Source: an uncultured Bacteroidota bacterium (GTDB lineage: Bacteria > Bacteroidota > Bacteroidia > AKYH767-A > OLB10). From it: a stretch of DNA of 64,000 nucleotides. The stretch lies in contig CAIRUC010000057.1 of NCBI GenBank assembly GCA_903881665.1, forward strand, positions 34,538-98,537, read 5' to 3'. The translations under genes and the position numbers were made by a program. This document shows, piece after piece, positions 1 to 10,800 of this stretch (its first letter is position 1; every line of letters starts with the position of its first letter). The notes below the pieces were generated by a model, which made no database searches, was not told the origin of the DNA, and saw only the letters and a list, made by a program, of their open reading frames with translations.

Positions 1-6
1 TAACCT

Positions 7-42
7 AAAAAACAAAAGAGGGTTGCCTCTCGACAACCCTCT
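7..42 (-). terminator. Rho-independent terminator downstream of 63..1322
   Basis: Minus strand reads AGAGGGTTG-tcgagagg-CAACCCTCT, a perfect 9-bp stem (17-25 pairs with 34-42). It is followed by TTTGTTTTTT (7-16). Confidence 0.8.
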
Positions 43-62
43 ACTAATCAACTAAGTGCGAT

Positions 63-1322
63 TTACTGCACAATTATTCTTGACACTTGTTGTTCATTAC
101 CCTGCAGAACAACTAATTGGTATAGGCCTGGAGACACTCCATTTAAGTCGAGATTAATGCTTTGAACACCATAATTTAGTGAGACACGAGTAATTAATGC
201 CACTCTACCACTAATATCTATTAGAGATACTTGAGCATCGCCAGCATTTTTAGCAGAAAGCATCATACGTGTAATTCCTTGCGCAGGATTAGGATAAACA
301 TCAAACGTTTGAAGGGCAGAATTTTCAATTAAGCCAGTATTCGTTGAGACCGTTTTATTGAAATAGAACTTTCCTGTTGTAGATCCACCAAAATTATTAA
401 ACACCATTTTCCAAGTAGTTCCTAAGCGATCTGTAACAAAATAAACAGTTGAATCAGCGAGGGTCCAAGTATTTGTACCAAAATCATACGCTTTCCAATC
501 GTAACCAATATTATTGATTGTATACGTAGGCGTTAATCCAGCAGGTGTTGCAGTAGTAACATCAACCGGATATGCTTTCGCTACTTTAACAGAATCATTA
601 CTTAAAACACCTGCAACTTTATAAATAATAGGGGTAACTGCCATGTACTGAGCGAAACTTAGATCCCAAGCATTATACATCGGTTCACGATCGATAGCTA
701 CATTATTAACAAGTGAATAATAAGCAAAGAACTTACCTGTATAACTTGTTTTATTTAAAGTACCAGTAGTTTCATTTGCGCCATCTAAATCGGCCCATTT
801 AAACGAATAGATACCGCTAGCTAAATCGACAATACATAATTTTTTATAGGTGCTGCCTAATTTAATAAAGTAGATTGAATCGCCCACAATTGTATGAGAA
901 AGGAAATCATAATTTCCCCAACCTAAGTCAAACTGATCGGCCGGATTATTCGTTACATTGAAAGCTCCATAATTCCATGATGTATCCGAATTGTATAATT
1001 CATTTGAAGAATTAGTTACGATACCGGTGGTATCAGAAGTTGTCATTGTAGCCCAATCAGCCACTTCCTTATTTGCTTTCCAAAGGTGAACATTGTTTTT
1101 TGAATTAATTAAAATAGATGCAGCATATCCGCGTAATTGAAATGCGATATCCCAATCTGTATTAATTACACTTACAACAGTACCATTGGTAAAACTGTAA
1201 AACGACTGATTTGTATAACCAGGATTAATAGAAACTGAATCAGCAGTTTGAGCGGTTGATTTAGCAGATGCAATTGCGATAAAAACTATCGCCAATAAGG
1301 AATTTCGTAAGATTGATTTCAT
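63..1322 (-). CDS. Secreted HmuY-like (hemophore-fold) protein with T9SS C-terminal sorting domain
   Basis: Signal peptide MKSILRNSLLAIVFIAIASAKSTAQ. HmuY-type motifs are WDIAFQLRG..ILINS and WDLSFAQY. C-terminus VYPNPAQG...GLYQLVVL..RIIVQ is a typical T9SS CTD. Last gene of a TonB-receptor operon. Confidence 0.7.
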   Translation of the reverse strand: MKSILRNSLLAIVFIAIASAKSTAQTADSVSINPGYTNQSFYSFTNGTVVSVINTDWDIAFQLRGYAASILINSKNNVHLWKANKEVADWATMTTSDTTGIVTNSSNELYNSDTSWNYGAFNVTNNPADQFDLGWGNYDFLSHTIVGDSIYFIKLGSTYKKLCIVDLASGIYSFKWADLDGANETTGTLNKTSYTGKFFAYYSLVNNVAIDREPMYNAWDLSFAQYMAVTPIIYKVAGVLSNDSVKVAKAYPVDVTTATPAGLTPTYTINNIGYDWKAYDFGTNTWTLADSTVYFVTDRLGTTWKMVFNNFGGSTTGKFYFNKTVSTNTGLIENSALQTFDVYPNPAQGITRMMLSAKNAGDAQVSLIDISGRVALITRVSLNYGVQSINLDLNGVSPGLYQLVVLQGNEQQVSRIIVQ

Positions 1323-1372
1323 TATAGTAAATATTTGATGTTAATGATTTGATATGTTTATTTTTATTTAAC

Positions 1373-2392
1373 TCACATTCTTTGCGACTCAAAAGTAACA
1401 GTTCCTTTATCGCCTTGTTGACTATAAAAATCTACCATTTTAACTTTATAGTAGTATCCTAGAGAAGACTTCACTACAAAATACAAATCGGAATAAACAT
1501 GATAATGAGCGTCGTTAAAGTCGTAGTATTTCCAGTTATAACCTACAATATCGGCGGCTTTACTGAAATTTGCATTTGCAATTGCATTGTAATTACACTG
1601 GTCCATCGGAATATAATTAACAACTGAATCTTTTTGCTGACGCAATCCTTGTGTACCTTTCCAAATATTACTTAATGATCCGCAAACAGGATAATATCTA
1701 AAAGGAGAGCCAACGGGTTCTTCAAAGAAAACGTGTGTGTATTTAGTAAACACCACATCCCAATCGGAAGAAGGTGGAGCTTGTTGAACTAATTGATGAG
1801 GTGTATCGAAATTAAAATACATCAAAGCATAATTCGGGTCTTTAGCAATTACTGCAGTATCATAAGCAGAGTTATCATATTTACTATAACAAATTTTATA
1901 TTCGGTACTAGAAACAGACAACACTTTAAACTTTCTCCATCGTGCAGAACCTGTATGCTCTGGTTTTCCTCTATCAATAATATAAACATTACTTCCATCG
2001 GAATTAAAAGAAGGCGTTTGCCAATAATATTTCATCGACAAGCTATCATCCAACAATTGTTCATCATCAATATTCCATTCTTTACCTGTAGAATCGGAAT
2101 TAGTTATAACCGTTGAATTTGAATTGCAAGCAAACATATATTTACCGCTATTCAAATAGATCCTCATTCCTTGGGCCGAAGCTTCGAAGGCGAGATCGTA
2201 AGCTTTATAAGGACGCGACACTGTTGCACCTGTTTCGAGATTTACAAAAATTTGAGTTTCGTAATTATTTCCCATTACAGCGGACATTTGTTTAACATTG
2301 CCGGGAAGAGGCAATGTAATTGCTTCGTCTTCTTTCATACAAGAAGACAACATCAGCATTACGATTACAGATTTAAATATCGAGTTCTTCAT
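1373..2392 (-). CDS. HmuY-like lipoprotein
   Basis: Lipoprotein signal ...MLMLSSC. Motifs YDLAFEASAQGMRIYLNS and WDVVFTKY. C-terminus YYKVKMVDFYSQQGDKGTVTFESQ resembles the P. gingivalis HmuY C-terminus (KVQFTDY..KGVITFTY). Its start shares one nucleotide with the receptor stop (2392). Confidence 0.7.
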   Translation of the reverse strand: MKNSIFKSVIVMLMLSSCMKEDEAITLPLPGNVKQMSAVMGNNYETQIFVNLETGATVSRPYKAYDLAFEASAQGMRIYLNSGKYMFACNSNSTVITNSDSTGKEWNIDDEQLLDDSLSMKYYWQTPSFNSDGSNVYIIDRGKPEHTGSARWRKFKVLSVSSTEYKICYSKYDNSAYDTAVIAKDPNYALMYFNFDTPHQLVQQAPPSSDWDVVFTKYTHVFFEEPVGSPFRYYPVCGSLSNIWKGTQGLRQQKDSVVNYIPMDQCNYNAIANANFSKAADIVGYNWKYYDFNDAHYHVYSDLYFVVKSSLGYYYKVKMVDFYSQQGDKGTVTFESQRM

Positions 2393-4665
2393 TACAAGCT
2401 AACTATTATTTTAACGAAATATGATCTTCCCATACCAATTGCAGTAGTGCCGTCATTTCCGCCAGAATGAGCACCACCTGTTGACGAAGCCCTTACATTA
2501 GTAACATCCAAAATATTTTTCACTCCACAACTAAGCGTAAAATGATCTTTAGCAAATGGTTTTCTTACAGAGAAATCTATTAATTGATAAGCTTGATTTA
2601 TCGTTCTTTCAAGCTCACTTTGACCTACTAATAAGTAAACAGGTTTTTCACTTATATATCTCCAATAAGTTGACAATATAAGATTCATTTTTGTGAACTT
2701 ATAATCTGCTGAACCATTAAATTCACTATACCAAGTTATTTCTGGTTGAGCTAAATCACCTTCGAATGTGGACCATGTTCCAGTATAAGCAGCGCCTCCT
2801 GAAATTTGAAATGGCTCCGTTGCTAAGCGCGCTTTCAATTCGCACCCTTTAGAAATAAACTCATCTAAATTAACATACGTATATAAGGCTGTATGGGCAT
2901 CCACCTCTACTAAAGAAATTTGATCTGTAATATTATTATAAAACAATGCGGGCTCAATGCTAAAAACTTTTTTCCCGAATGCTTTTTTAAACTCTGTAAA
3001 AAAATTAAAATTATCAGATCGTTCTGCTTTTAAATCGCTATTTCCTCTTACATTATGTGATATGTCTACAAAATACAAATATTGCTCTTTTATAGAGGGT
3101 GCTCTAAATCCTTTACTCCAACTAGCTCTTACCGAAATAGTACTACATGGTTTATAAAGCACATTTAATGAAGGAACGAAAGGCAATCCGAATCCGTAAT
3201 TACAAACGTGAGGTATTGAAATATTAACATCATAAACATTCGCATTAAATTGGGAATTATAAATACCACGAACAGAAGGTCGAAAAGTTAATTTTTGAAA
3301 CGGCTTATAATCAAGACTAGCGTACGCCGCTATATCTGTCATCGAATGCGTAGTATTGTCGATTTTCTTTCCAACAGCTGATTCACTATTTAAATCAAAG
3401 CCTGTGAGCAAAGCCAATTTTTCAGAGAAATTATGATTATAAACTGCACGTCCAAAAAATCCGTTCATTACAGTTGTATCATCATCTGCAGGATCAGCAG
3501 TTAATTGCTCTGAAAGAGTCACCATATTTTTGATATACGTATTTTTTACGTACCTATAATAAGAGTAGGCTAAATTCATCTGCCAAGAGCTCTTGTCATT
3601 TATTCTTTTATCAGTCGAAAAAGCATTTGTAATTCTACGTGTTAAATAATTTTGATCATTGGCATAAGCAAAATAAGGTGTAATAATTGGATTCCCTTTA
3701 TTGATTACTTTTTCATCATAAACAGAACTTTGCAAAATCATTTTGTAGCCATTGATAGTACCTGAATATTTAAAATTTCCATAATACTGTTCCTTTGGAT
3801 TCCATTGTTGACTACGAAGTGAATCATTTTCACTCCATCCTGCGAAAAAGTTACGACCGATATCAAGGGAAAGTGATCTCTTTTTAAAGCCCCAACCTAC
3901 GTTAGCATCCAAATTATAATGCCCAACATTTTCATAGTAGCTAGTAAGACTACCAGTCAACTTTTCATCTGACGAATTCTTCGTAATTAAATTTACAACA
4001 CCACCTAAAGCATCGCTTCCATACAAAACACTCATAGGGCCTTTAACAATCTCTACGCGCTCAATATTCGATAAATTCAACTGACTAATATCTATATTCC
4101 CATTCTGACGACCAATAACCGGAATGCCATCAATTAAAAACTTCACATTTTGTCCACCGGTACCTTGAATAGACATACTGCTACCTAAAACTCCATCATT
4201 CGCAATATTGACATTCATCTCTTGCGATAAAAGATCTTTTACATTATTAGCAGCACGCTGCTCGATGTCTTTACGATTAATAACATCAATATTGTAAACC
4301 GAATTGGATTGATATCCTGGCAAGTAACTTCCGGTAACGGTAATCTCATCAAATTTAATGTTAGCGGAATTCATTATGATAACTTTTATCCCATCGGAAG
4401 CTCTGTTAACGGTATCAATATGTTGCACATAGCCAATCAGATTCACCTTTCTTACCATTGGGTAAGGGAAAGCTGGAACATTGACTTCACCTTGATTATC
4501 TGTAAAACGAGCCTCTGCTTGTTGATGACCTGCAAGAGTAGCGAACAGCACGACAGCCCCTTCTAACGGTTTACCCTCAAAAGATCTTATTTTTAAGCTT
4601 TGCGCCTTAGTAAAGTGCAAGCCGAACAATAAAATCAAAACAATAAGAAGTAGTCCTCTTTTCAT
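2392..4665 (-). CDS. TonB-dependent outer-membrane receptor (HmuR-like by context)
   Basis: CarboxypepD_reg-like N-terminus (SLKIRSFEGKPLEGAVVLF), a plug region (VEIVKGPMSVLYGSDALGGVVNLITK) and a long beta-barrel. Start moved to the internal ATG at 4665 (MKRGLLLIVLILLFGLHFTKAQ is a signal peptide). The 40 upstream codons of the ORF track look like 5' UTR. Confidence 0.85.
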   Translation of the reverse strand: MKRGLLLIVLILLFGLHFTKAQSLKIRSFEGKPLEGAVVLFATLAGHQQAEARFTDNQGEVNVPAFPYPMVRKVNLIGYVQHIDTVNRASDGIKVIIMNSANIKFDEITVTGSYLPGYQSNSVYNIDVINRKDIEQRAANNVKDLLSQEMNVNIANDGVLGSSMSIQGTGGQNVKFLIDGIPVIGRQNGNIDISQLNLSNIERVEIVKGPMSVLYGSDALGGVVNLITKNSSDEKLTGSLTSYYENVGHYNLDANVGWGFKKRSLSLDIGRNFFAGWSENDSLRSQQWNPKEQYYGNFKYSGTINGYKMILQSSVYDEKVINKGNPIITPYFAYANDQNYLTRRITNAFSTDKRINDKSSWQMNLAYSYYRYVKNTYIKNMVTLSEQLTADPADDDTTVMNGFFGRAVYNHNFSEKLALLTGFDLNSESAVGKKIDNTTHSMTDIAAYASLDYKPFQKLTFRPSVRGIYNSQFNANVYDVNISIPHVCNYGFGLPFVPSLNVLYKPCSTISVRASWSKGFRAPSIKEQYLYFVDISHNVRGNSDLKAERSDNFNFFTEFKKAFGKKVFSIEPALFYNNITDQISLVEVDAHTALYTYVNLDEFISKGCELKARLATEPFQISGGAAYTGTWSTFEGDLAQPEITWYSEFNGSADYKFTKMNLILSTYWRYISEKPVYLLVGQSELERTINQAYQLIDFSVRKPFAKDHFTLSCGVKNILDVTNVRASSTGGAHSGGNDGTTAIGMGRSYFVKIIVSL

Positions 4666-4906
4666 CACGTTGCGAAAATACTGTCGGTTTTTGGGAGGAT
4701 AAGCAATAGAACGGCTGACCATTGTCATTTTTAAGATATTCTGACAAAGTACTGACATTGGAAGCCTAATCATAGAAAAGTACAATTAACCGACCTTTGT
4801 TAATAGTTGCTTAAGGCTTTCGGCAAATGAATCACCTTTTTCAATCATTTTTGTATTAGCCCGTCGAAATGCACAATAATGGGCAATCACATTAGTTTTT
4901 AACACT

Positions 4907-5860
4907 ATGAACATGAATCAACGCGAAATCATTATTCAATCCATCAACCATCAGATTGAAACATTCACCGAACAGTTTTTAATGGCTGCAGAGAACGGAG
5001 GACCCATTCCGTTAATTGAAATCGACTTGATGAAACATACAATCAGGACATTATACCAACAATTGCATGATCTGCAGGTTGCAAGCCAACGTCCGATGGA
5101 ACCAGAACTACTAACCAACCATCAACAGCCAATAGCGGCCACATCTGAAATTGAAAAACAATTAATAGAAGATGCCCCCTCCCCATTAATTATTATTGAA
5201 GCAAATGAGGAAGTTCAAGAAGTAGCGGCACAGATGCAGAAAATAAACATATTGAATGAATTTATTCAGGAAACCGATGAGGAGCTGATCATTACTTCTA
5301 TTATTGAAGAAACTAAAATTACTCCTATAGTTATAGTAGAAGGACCACATAAAATAGCAGAACAAGTTTCCGTTGCAGAAAAAATTGTTTCGCCTGAACC
5401 TATTTTAAATTCGCCATCTGAAAAAGTAGAAATATTAGCTGCTATTGCAACAGAATCTTCGCGTGGATATGAAGAACCTAAAAAAGTCGCAGTAAATGCA
5501 AGTCTTTTTGATGAATTTCCTACTACAGTTGCCAGCAAATATAAAGAACAAGAAACTTTATATGATAAAATTTCCAAAAATCAACATAGCGCCACCATTG
5601 CTGAAAAACTATCCACAAAACCTGTCATTGATTTAAGAAAATCGATTGGCATTAACGAACGTTTCGCCTTTATTAACGAATTATTTGAAGGAAATCAGCA
5701 GCTATTTATGGAAAGCATCGACAAGCTAAACAACATGCCCGTTTACGACGATGCGCGCAAAGTTTTATATGAAGAACTTGCAGGCAAAATGAAATGGAAT
5801 ACAAACGCTAAAACATTCAGTGATCTTGATGAACTTGTAAAGCGTCGCTTTAGCGCCTGA
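4907..5860 (+). CDS. Hypothetical acidic protein, function unknown
   Basis: 317-aa ORF with an E/I/P-rich middle and a conserved-looking C-terminus (IGINERFAFINELFEGNQ). Its TGA overlaps the ATG of the next gene (ATGA at 5860), suggesting translational coupling. Confidence 0.6.
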   Translation: MNMNQREIIIQSINHQIETFTEQFLMAAENGGPIPLIEIDLMKHTIRTLYQQLHDLQVASQRPMEPELLTNHQQPIAATSEIEKQLIEDAPSPLIIIEANEEVQEVAAQMQKINILNEFIQETDEELIITSIIEETKITPIVIVEGPHKIAEQVSVAEKIVSPEPILNSPSEKVEILAAIATESSRGYEEPKKVAVNASLFDEFPTTVASKYKEQETLYDKISKNQHSATIAEKLSTKPVIDLRKSIGINERFAFINELFEGNQQLFMESIDKLNNMPVYDDARKVLYEELAGKMKWNTNAKTFSDLDELVKRRFSA

Positions 5861-7137
5861 TGAAACATATAATTATTTCTCTTTCTTTCGTCTTTTTTAA
5901 TTTTCTAATTTCTTCTGCGCAAGATTCTGCATACGCTAGATCTATAGTTAATGTATTAGCCTCTGACCAATATAACGGCAGAGGATATGTGCATAATGGA
6001 TGCAAGCGTGCTGGAGAATTTATTGCCGGCGAATTCGAGAAACTACAATTATCAAAAGGAAATGGGGAGTCCTATTTTCAGCCATTTAATTTTCCCGTAA
6101 ACACATTTCCGGGTAAAATGTCGGTATCCATAAACAACCATTTATTAACTCCGGGTGCCGATTACATTGTTTCTGCATCGTGCGCATCTATTAAAGGAAA
6201 ATTTCCTATAGTAACCATCGACTCTAGTAATTTCCGCAAGCCCCCACCGGTATTTAACAAGATCGTTTTAATTGATACAACAGGAAGTTGGGGAGGCATG
6301 AACAAAGATTTTATTAAGCACTTTGTTAATGATAAAAATGGCGCAAAGGGATTTATTTTTATTGAAGAAAAGAAACTTACCTGGACCGTTGCAGATGTGC
6401 AAAGCGCTCCAATAATTCATGTTTTAAGAAATTCACTTCCCTCACTCCCCTTAAAAATAAGATTAAAAATCGAAGCAGAACTTATTAAGTACAATGCAAA
6501 TAATATTATAGGCTTTATTCCTGGCACACTTTATCCGGATTCATTTCTATTAATAACGGCCCATTATGACCACTTAGGAAGGATGGGTAAAAAAACTATT
6601 TTCCCGGGAGCAAACGACAATGCATCTGGAATAGCTATGCTTTTAAATATGGCAACGTATTTTACAAACATCAACCATTCGCTACCCTATTCAGTTGCCT
6701 TTATTGCCTTTGCAGGAGAAGAAATTGGACTACTAGGGTCTTATTACTATACTGAATCACCCACAATTCCATTAGCTAAAATAAAATTCTTATTAAATGT
6801 AGACTTAATGGGAACTGGAGATGATGGAATAATGGTTGTTAATGGAAGTGTTTACGAAAACGACTTTAATATGATGGATAGTATAAACAGCAAACTTCAT
6901 TTATTAGCCAAAGTTGAAAAGAGAGGGAAAGCACATAATAGCGATCACTATTACTTTACCGAAAAAAATGTTCCATCTTTTTTTTGCTACACGCTAGGTG
7001 GCAGAACTGCATACCACGATATTTACGATATCCCAAGTACTTTACCCCTCACAAAATTTAGTGAAGTATTTACCTTACTTAAGACTTTTATTCAATCAAA
7101 AGCGCTTCCGATTAATACTCTTCGCCCGATAAAGTAG
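5860..7137 (+). CDS. M28-family zinc aminopeptidase
   Basis: ITAHYDHLG, PGANDNASGIAMLL and FAGEEIGLLGS match the M28 metal-ligand and catalytic blocks. N-terminal signal peptide present. Confidence 0.8.
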   Translation: MKHIIISLSFVFFNFLISSAQDSAYARSIVNVLASDQYNGRGYVHNGCKRAGEFIAGEFEKLQLSKGNGESYFQPFNFPVNTFPGKMSVSINNHLLTPGADYIVSASCASIKGKFPIVTIDSSNFRKPPPVFNKIVLIDTTGSWGGMNKDFIKHFVNDKNGAKGFIFIEEKKLTWTVADVQSAPIIHVLRNSLPSLPLKIRLKIEAELIKYNANNIIGFIPGTLYPDSFLLITAHYDHLGRMGKKTIFPGANDNASGIAMLLNMATYFTNINHSLPYSVAFIAFAGEEIGLLGSYYYTESPTIPLAKIKFLLNVDLMGTGDDGIMVVNGSVYENDFNMMDSINSKLHLLAKVEKRGKAHNSDHYYFTEKNVPSFFCYTLGGRTAYHDIYDIPSTLPLTKFSEVFTLLKTFIQSKALPINTLRPIK

Positions 7138-7798
7138 CAGTGTACTTCTCATCATCGACCCATACACTTACATTATATGCGCATTCTGAAAGGTTATTTT
7201 CTACAATAGAAAAGGGAAACGTATATTGACCGGCTTGTTGCAATCCTTGGCTATATTGTTTAATTAGTTTTCCGGCCAAATCAGTTATTTCAATTGTTAT
7301 TAATGAAGGGCTACTTATTACATAATTTACGGATGTAACATTACTTGCTTTATCACGATGCGTTTCTAACAATGCTCTGCCTTTATCTTTTTTGATGGCA
7401 GCAATAGAATATGTATATGCTACATTTTTATCGTCTTTAATTACTTTTAAGCGATAATAATATTTCACGTTAGACGAAATATTATTATCGTCGAAATAAT
7501 ATTCTGCCGATAGCTTTCCTGGTTTAATGTACGTTAATTTATTAAAAGATGAAAAATCACCTGCTTCACTTCGTTGAAGCTCATATATACAATTAGCTTG
7601 TGGCCACCATTTACAAATTATCGAATTCGATTTTACCTCCACAATAAATTGCTCAGACTCCATGTCGGATAACAACTTCAATGCATTTGGAGGATTAACT
7701 TCAGAAGCAGACGAAGGAAGTGTATTCTGTGCACTTACCGTTTCAATATTGAACAAAAGTAAATATGTAAATCCTGCAAAATAAAAATATGTTTTCAT
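7112..7798 (-). CDS. Small secreted protein, Fn3-like plus probable T9SS CTD
   Basis: Signal peptide ...NIETVSAQ. C-terminal ~80 aa (LITIEITDLAGKLIKQY...) resembles a T9SS sorting domain but lacks the YPNP motif. 3' end overlaps the convergent M28 gene by 26 nt. Confidence 0.55.
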   Translation of the reverse strand: MKTYFYFAGFTYLLLFNIETVSAQNTLPSSASEVNPPNALKLLSDMESEQFIVEVKSNSIICKWWPQANCIYELQRSEAGDFSSFNKLTYIKPGKLSAEYYFDDNNISSNVKYYYRLKVIKDDKNVAYTYSIAAIKKDKGRALLETHRDKASNVTSVNYVISSPSLITIEITDLAGKLIKQYSQGLQQAGQYTFPFSIVENNLSECAYNVSVWVDDEKYTATLSGEEY

Positions 7799-7852
7799 GA
7801 TTAGCTACACGTTAGTAGTACTCTTACGTATAGCTTCAGAAAAAGTTACAGG

Positions 7853-10800
7853 CTATTTTTCCGCGACCATCACTTTCACATACTCGACCGTTTCTCCATG
7901 GTAAACTCTCAAAAGATAGAGTCCTGAATTCAATTTTAATTCTGACTTACTTATCATCAATTCCTGCTTTCCTTTACGGCAAATTTTATCGCAGAGCAGC
8001 AATAAAACTCTGCCTTCAAGGTCAGTAAGTTCAACTTTAAATCGGCTTTCTTGTTTCAAAACAACACTCAAAACAGAATACTCCGATAAAGGATTTGGGG
8101 ATAAGCTAATACCCGATAAATTAAAATTTACTGATGCTGAAACTATATCAGAATATTTCTCTTGACCATTAGACGAAACACTCTTCACTTTATAAAAATA
8201 AATAACGTTTTCTAAAACAGTATAATCGTTATCAAAAAAAGCTACCTCTCCATTTTGCTGAATGCCCTTTAATGCATCCATCCAATCTATTCGCTCATAA
8301 TCGACTCCATTAGTAGATCTCCATAGCTCAAAACCACTTAGGTCGTTGGATTCATAAATTCTCCAATTTAACTTAATTGATTTCTCAGCAGGTACCGCAT
8401 TCAAACTAACAAAATCAATTGCAAGAGGCGATGGCCCTTGAGCAGTACTAAAAGGCGCGACACCCGTAACACCCAAGCGCTGCACTGCAGTTACAGGCGA
8501 AATAACACATGTACCTGTTGCGGCTACCCAAGAACTACCATTTTGTGTTTGGATTGTCCATCGATTTGCTACATTGGAATAATTTGTATTGTAAAGCGTA
8601 ATATCAAATTGACCAGAGGCGGGAGTTGCAGAAGCTACAGGATTCCAATAACCATTATTCAATGCAGGACTACTATACGTTGCGCCACATTCAGTAATTC
8701 CCAAGGCAATTGGCAAAACTGGGTGTAATAAAAAGTTCGTTACAATATTATCAATTGCTGTTGGCAAAGTAGAATTATTAAAATTCAAATTCATCCTTTG
8801 ATATGCTTTTGTAACTTCACCAACCGGAAAATCATACGAACCTTGCGTTAACAAATACCTACGCAGATATCCTTGCACAAAACTTGTAGCATTACCGCTA
8901 GAAACCGCAATTGATGCTCTATTCTTGACAGAAACCTCGAATGCATTTGTAATAATTTTTCCTAATGTTAAATCTAAACTACCTGCTGAATTAATAGTCA
9001 TATTTGACAATAATGTTAGTCCAGTAGAACTGTGATTCATTTTCACTTTACTAACTTCTGCGCCTGCAAGTCCGGTATTCAAATACGTTTGTGCAGCAAA
9101 ACCATTAAACTCTAAAACACCTGTAGAAGGGACAAAGGTTCCTATATTCGAAAAGTTTCCTCCTACTTTCAAATTCTTTGTATTCATAGTGAAAGATGAA
9201 GTTGCATTTGTTAAGCTAAAAGAACCTTTTGAATCGGCATTTTGCAACATGGTTACGATGCCACCGGTTTTAGCAATTGATACATTTCCGAATGCATTTG
9301 GAACGGTTAAATTTCCATCCATATTTTGATTTACAGCTGCGTTACCAAACAAAACCGTTGAAGTAAGAGAAGCAGAAAAACCTCCATAGTTTATAAAATG
9401 CTCACAAACAGAAAGCGTTAAGCCCGCATTTAAGGTTAATGTTGCACCAGGGTTTATTGTAAGTGTTTTACATGTAGCTCCAGCGGAGAAAACGGTAGGC
9501 TGAATTACTATTCCTCCATTGATAATCGCATCACGATAGCAAGTAGGCACAGGACAACCTCCCCAATTTGCACTTTTAAACCAATCGGTATCGACACCTC
9601 CCGACCAAGTAGAACGTGTGCCTGTAGCGCTATAATTCAACGGTGAAGTATTTCCGAAAACAATATCAAAACCAGAAGTGCTATTTGTGAAATTACTTAC
9701 AACAAGCACATACGTTTCACCGGCAAGAACAGGTATAGAAGTATTAAAAGAAGTCCCGAAACCTGGATATGCAGCGGGAGGAGTTCCTATTGTATTTCCA
9801 AAGCACCCTGTTACACCAAGCGCACTATAATTACAAGATATAGGAGTGCCTCCAGCAGCAATTGCAGAGCAATTAACAGCTCCGGCACCCACTGTTTTCC
9901 AAACAGCGAAATCATAATCAGTTCCGGCTGTACTAGGAGATCCTGGCCAATCTTTAGGCACTACACTAAAAGAAAGATTCCCATTAGCATTTATTGGAAT
10001 TTCAAACCATACTGAACTTCTTTCACCCGACAACAAACAGTTATTTCCTCCTCCAGGGAAGTCGCAAATATTCCCAAAGGATTGAAAGCCTGGATCACCA
10101 AAGCTCATAGACGTATCGCAAACCGGCAAATAAACACCGCAATCTTGTCCATTATTCAAAGGAGTAAGCGCTTGTGTTCCATCCATTGCCAAAACAGAAA
10201 AGGTACCTGCTAAACCTGCATATCCATCTACCATTATATAATAATTTAAACCTGATAATAGTCCGGTTAAACTTAAATCACAGCTATAGTTAGTGGTAGT
10301 GCCGCAACTAACGGCATCATCATTACACCCTACTAACGACATCGCGTTACCGCAAGTCCCACTATAAACCGCCAATTGAGGATTCGTTAATGAATTAGGA
10401 ATGACTCGAACACGTAATTGTCCGCTAGCTGGCGCTTGCACTGAATACCAAACTGTATTCAACGCATTAGGCGTTATCCAACAGGATGGAACAGCTGGTT
10501 CTCCCGATCCACCTGAACAATTATTTGCTCCACTATATGGTATTCCTAAAATTAAAGGAGTCGCGTTACAAGGCAAGTCATTAGTAGCTCCTGCTCCGAA
10601 AGAAGTTAAAGCAATATTATATTGAGCATTGTTCGGGCTAGCCCACGTATCAATAATAATATAATAAGTACCAGCTGCAGGTAAAATTATACTACCCGTT
10701 AAAGTTCCAGAATTTGCGCCTCCGCCACCAGCAATACACGTAGTTCCTGTGCTCCCTGGACAACCTCTATATACTTGATATCCGATTGAATTTGTACTTG

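Noticed and set aside
4666-4906. Possible cobalamin riboswitch or Fur box in the 241-nt region upstream of the TonB-dependent receptor. The minus strand has GGTGATTCATTTGCCG and GGTCAGCCG. The plus strand has AATAATGGGCAATCACATT.
   Set aside because: The conserved cobalamin elements (GGGAA, GCCACTG, a proper B12 box) are absent. The Fur-box resemblance is about 11/19 with an indel. The HmuY context points to heme, but I cannot support any specific RNA element or operator by eye.
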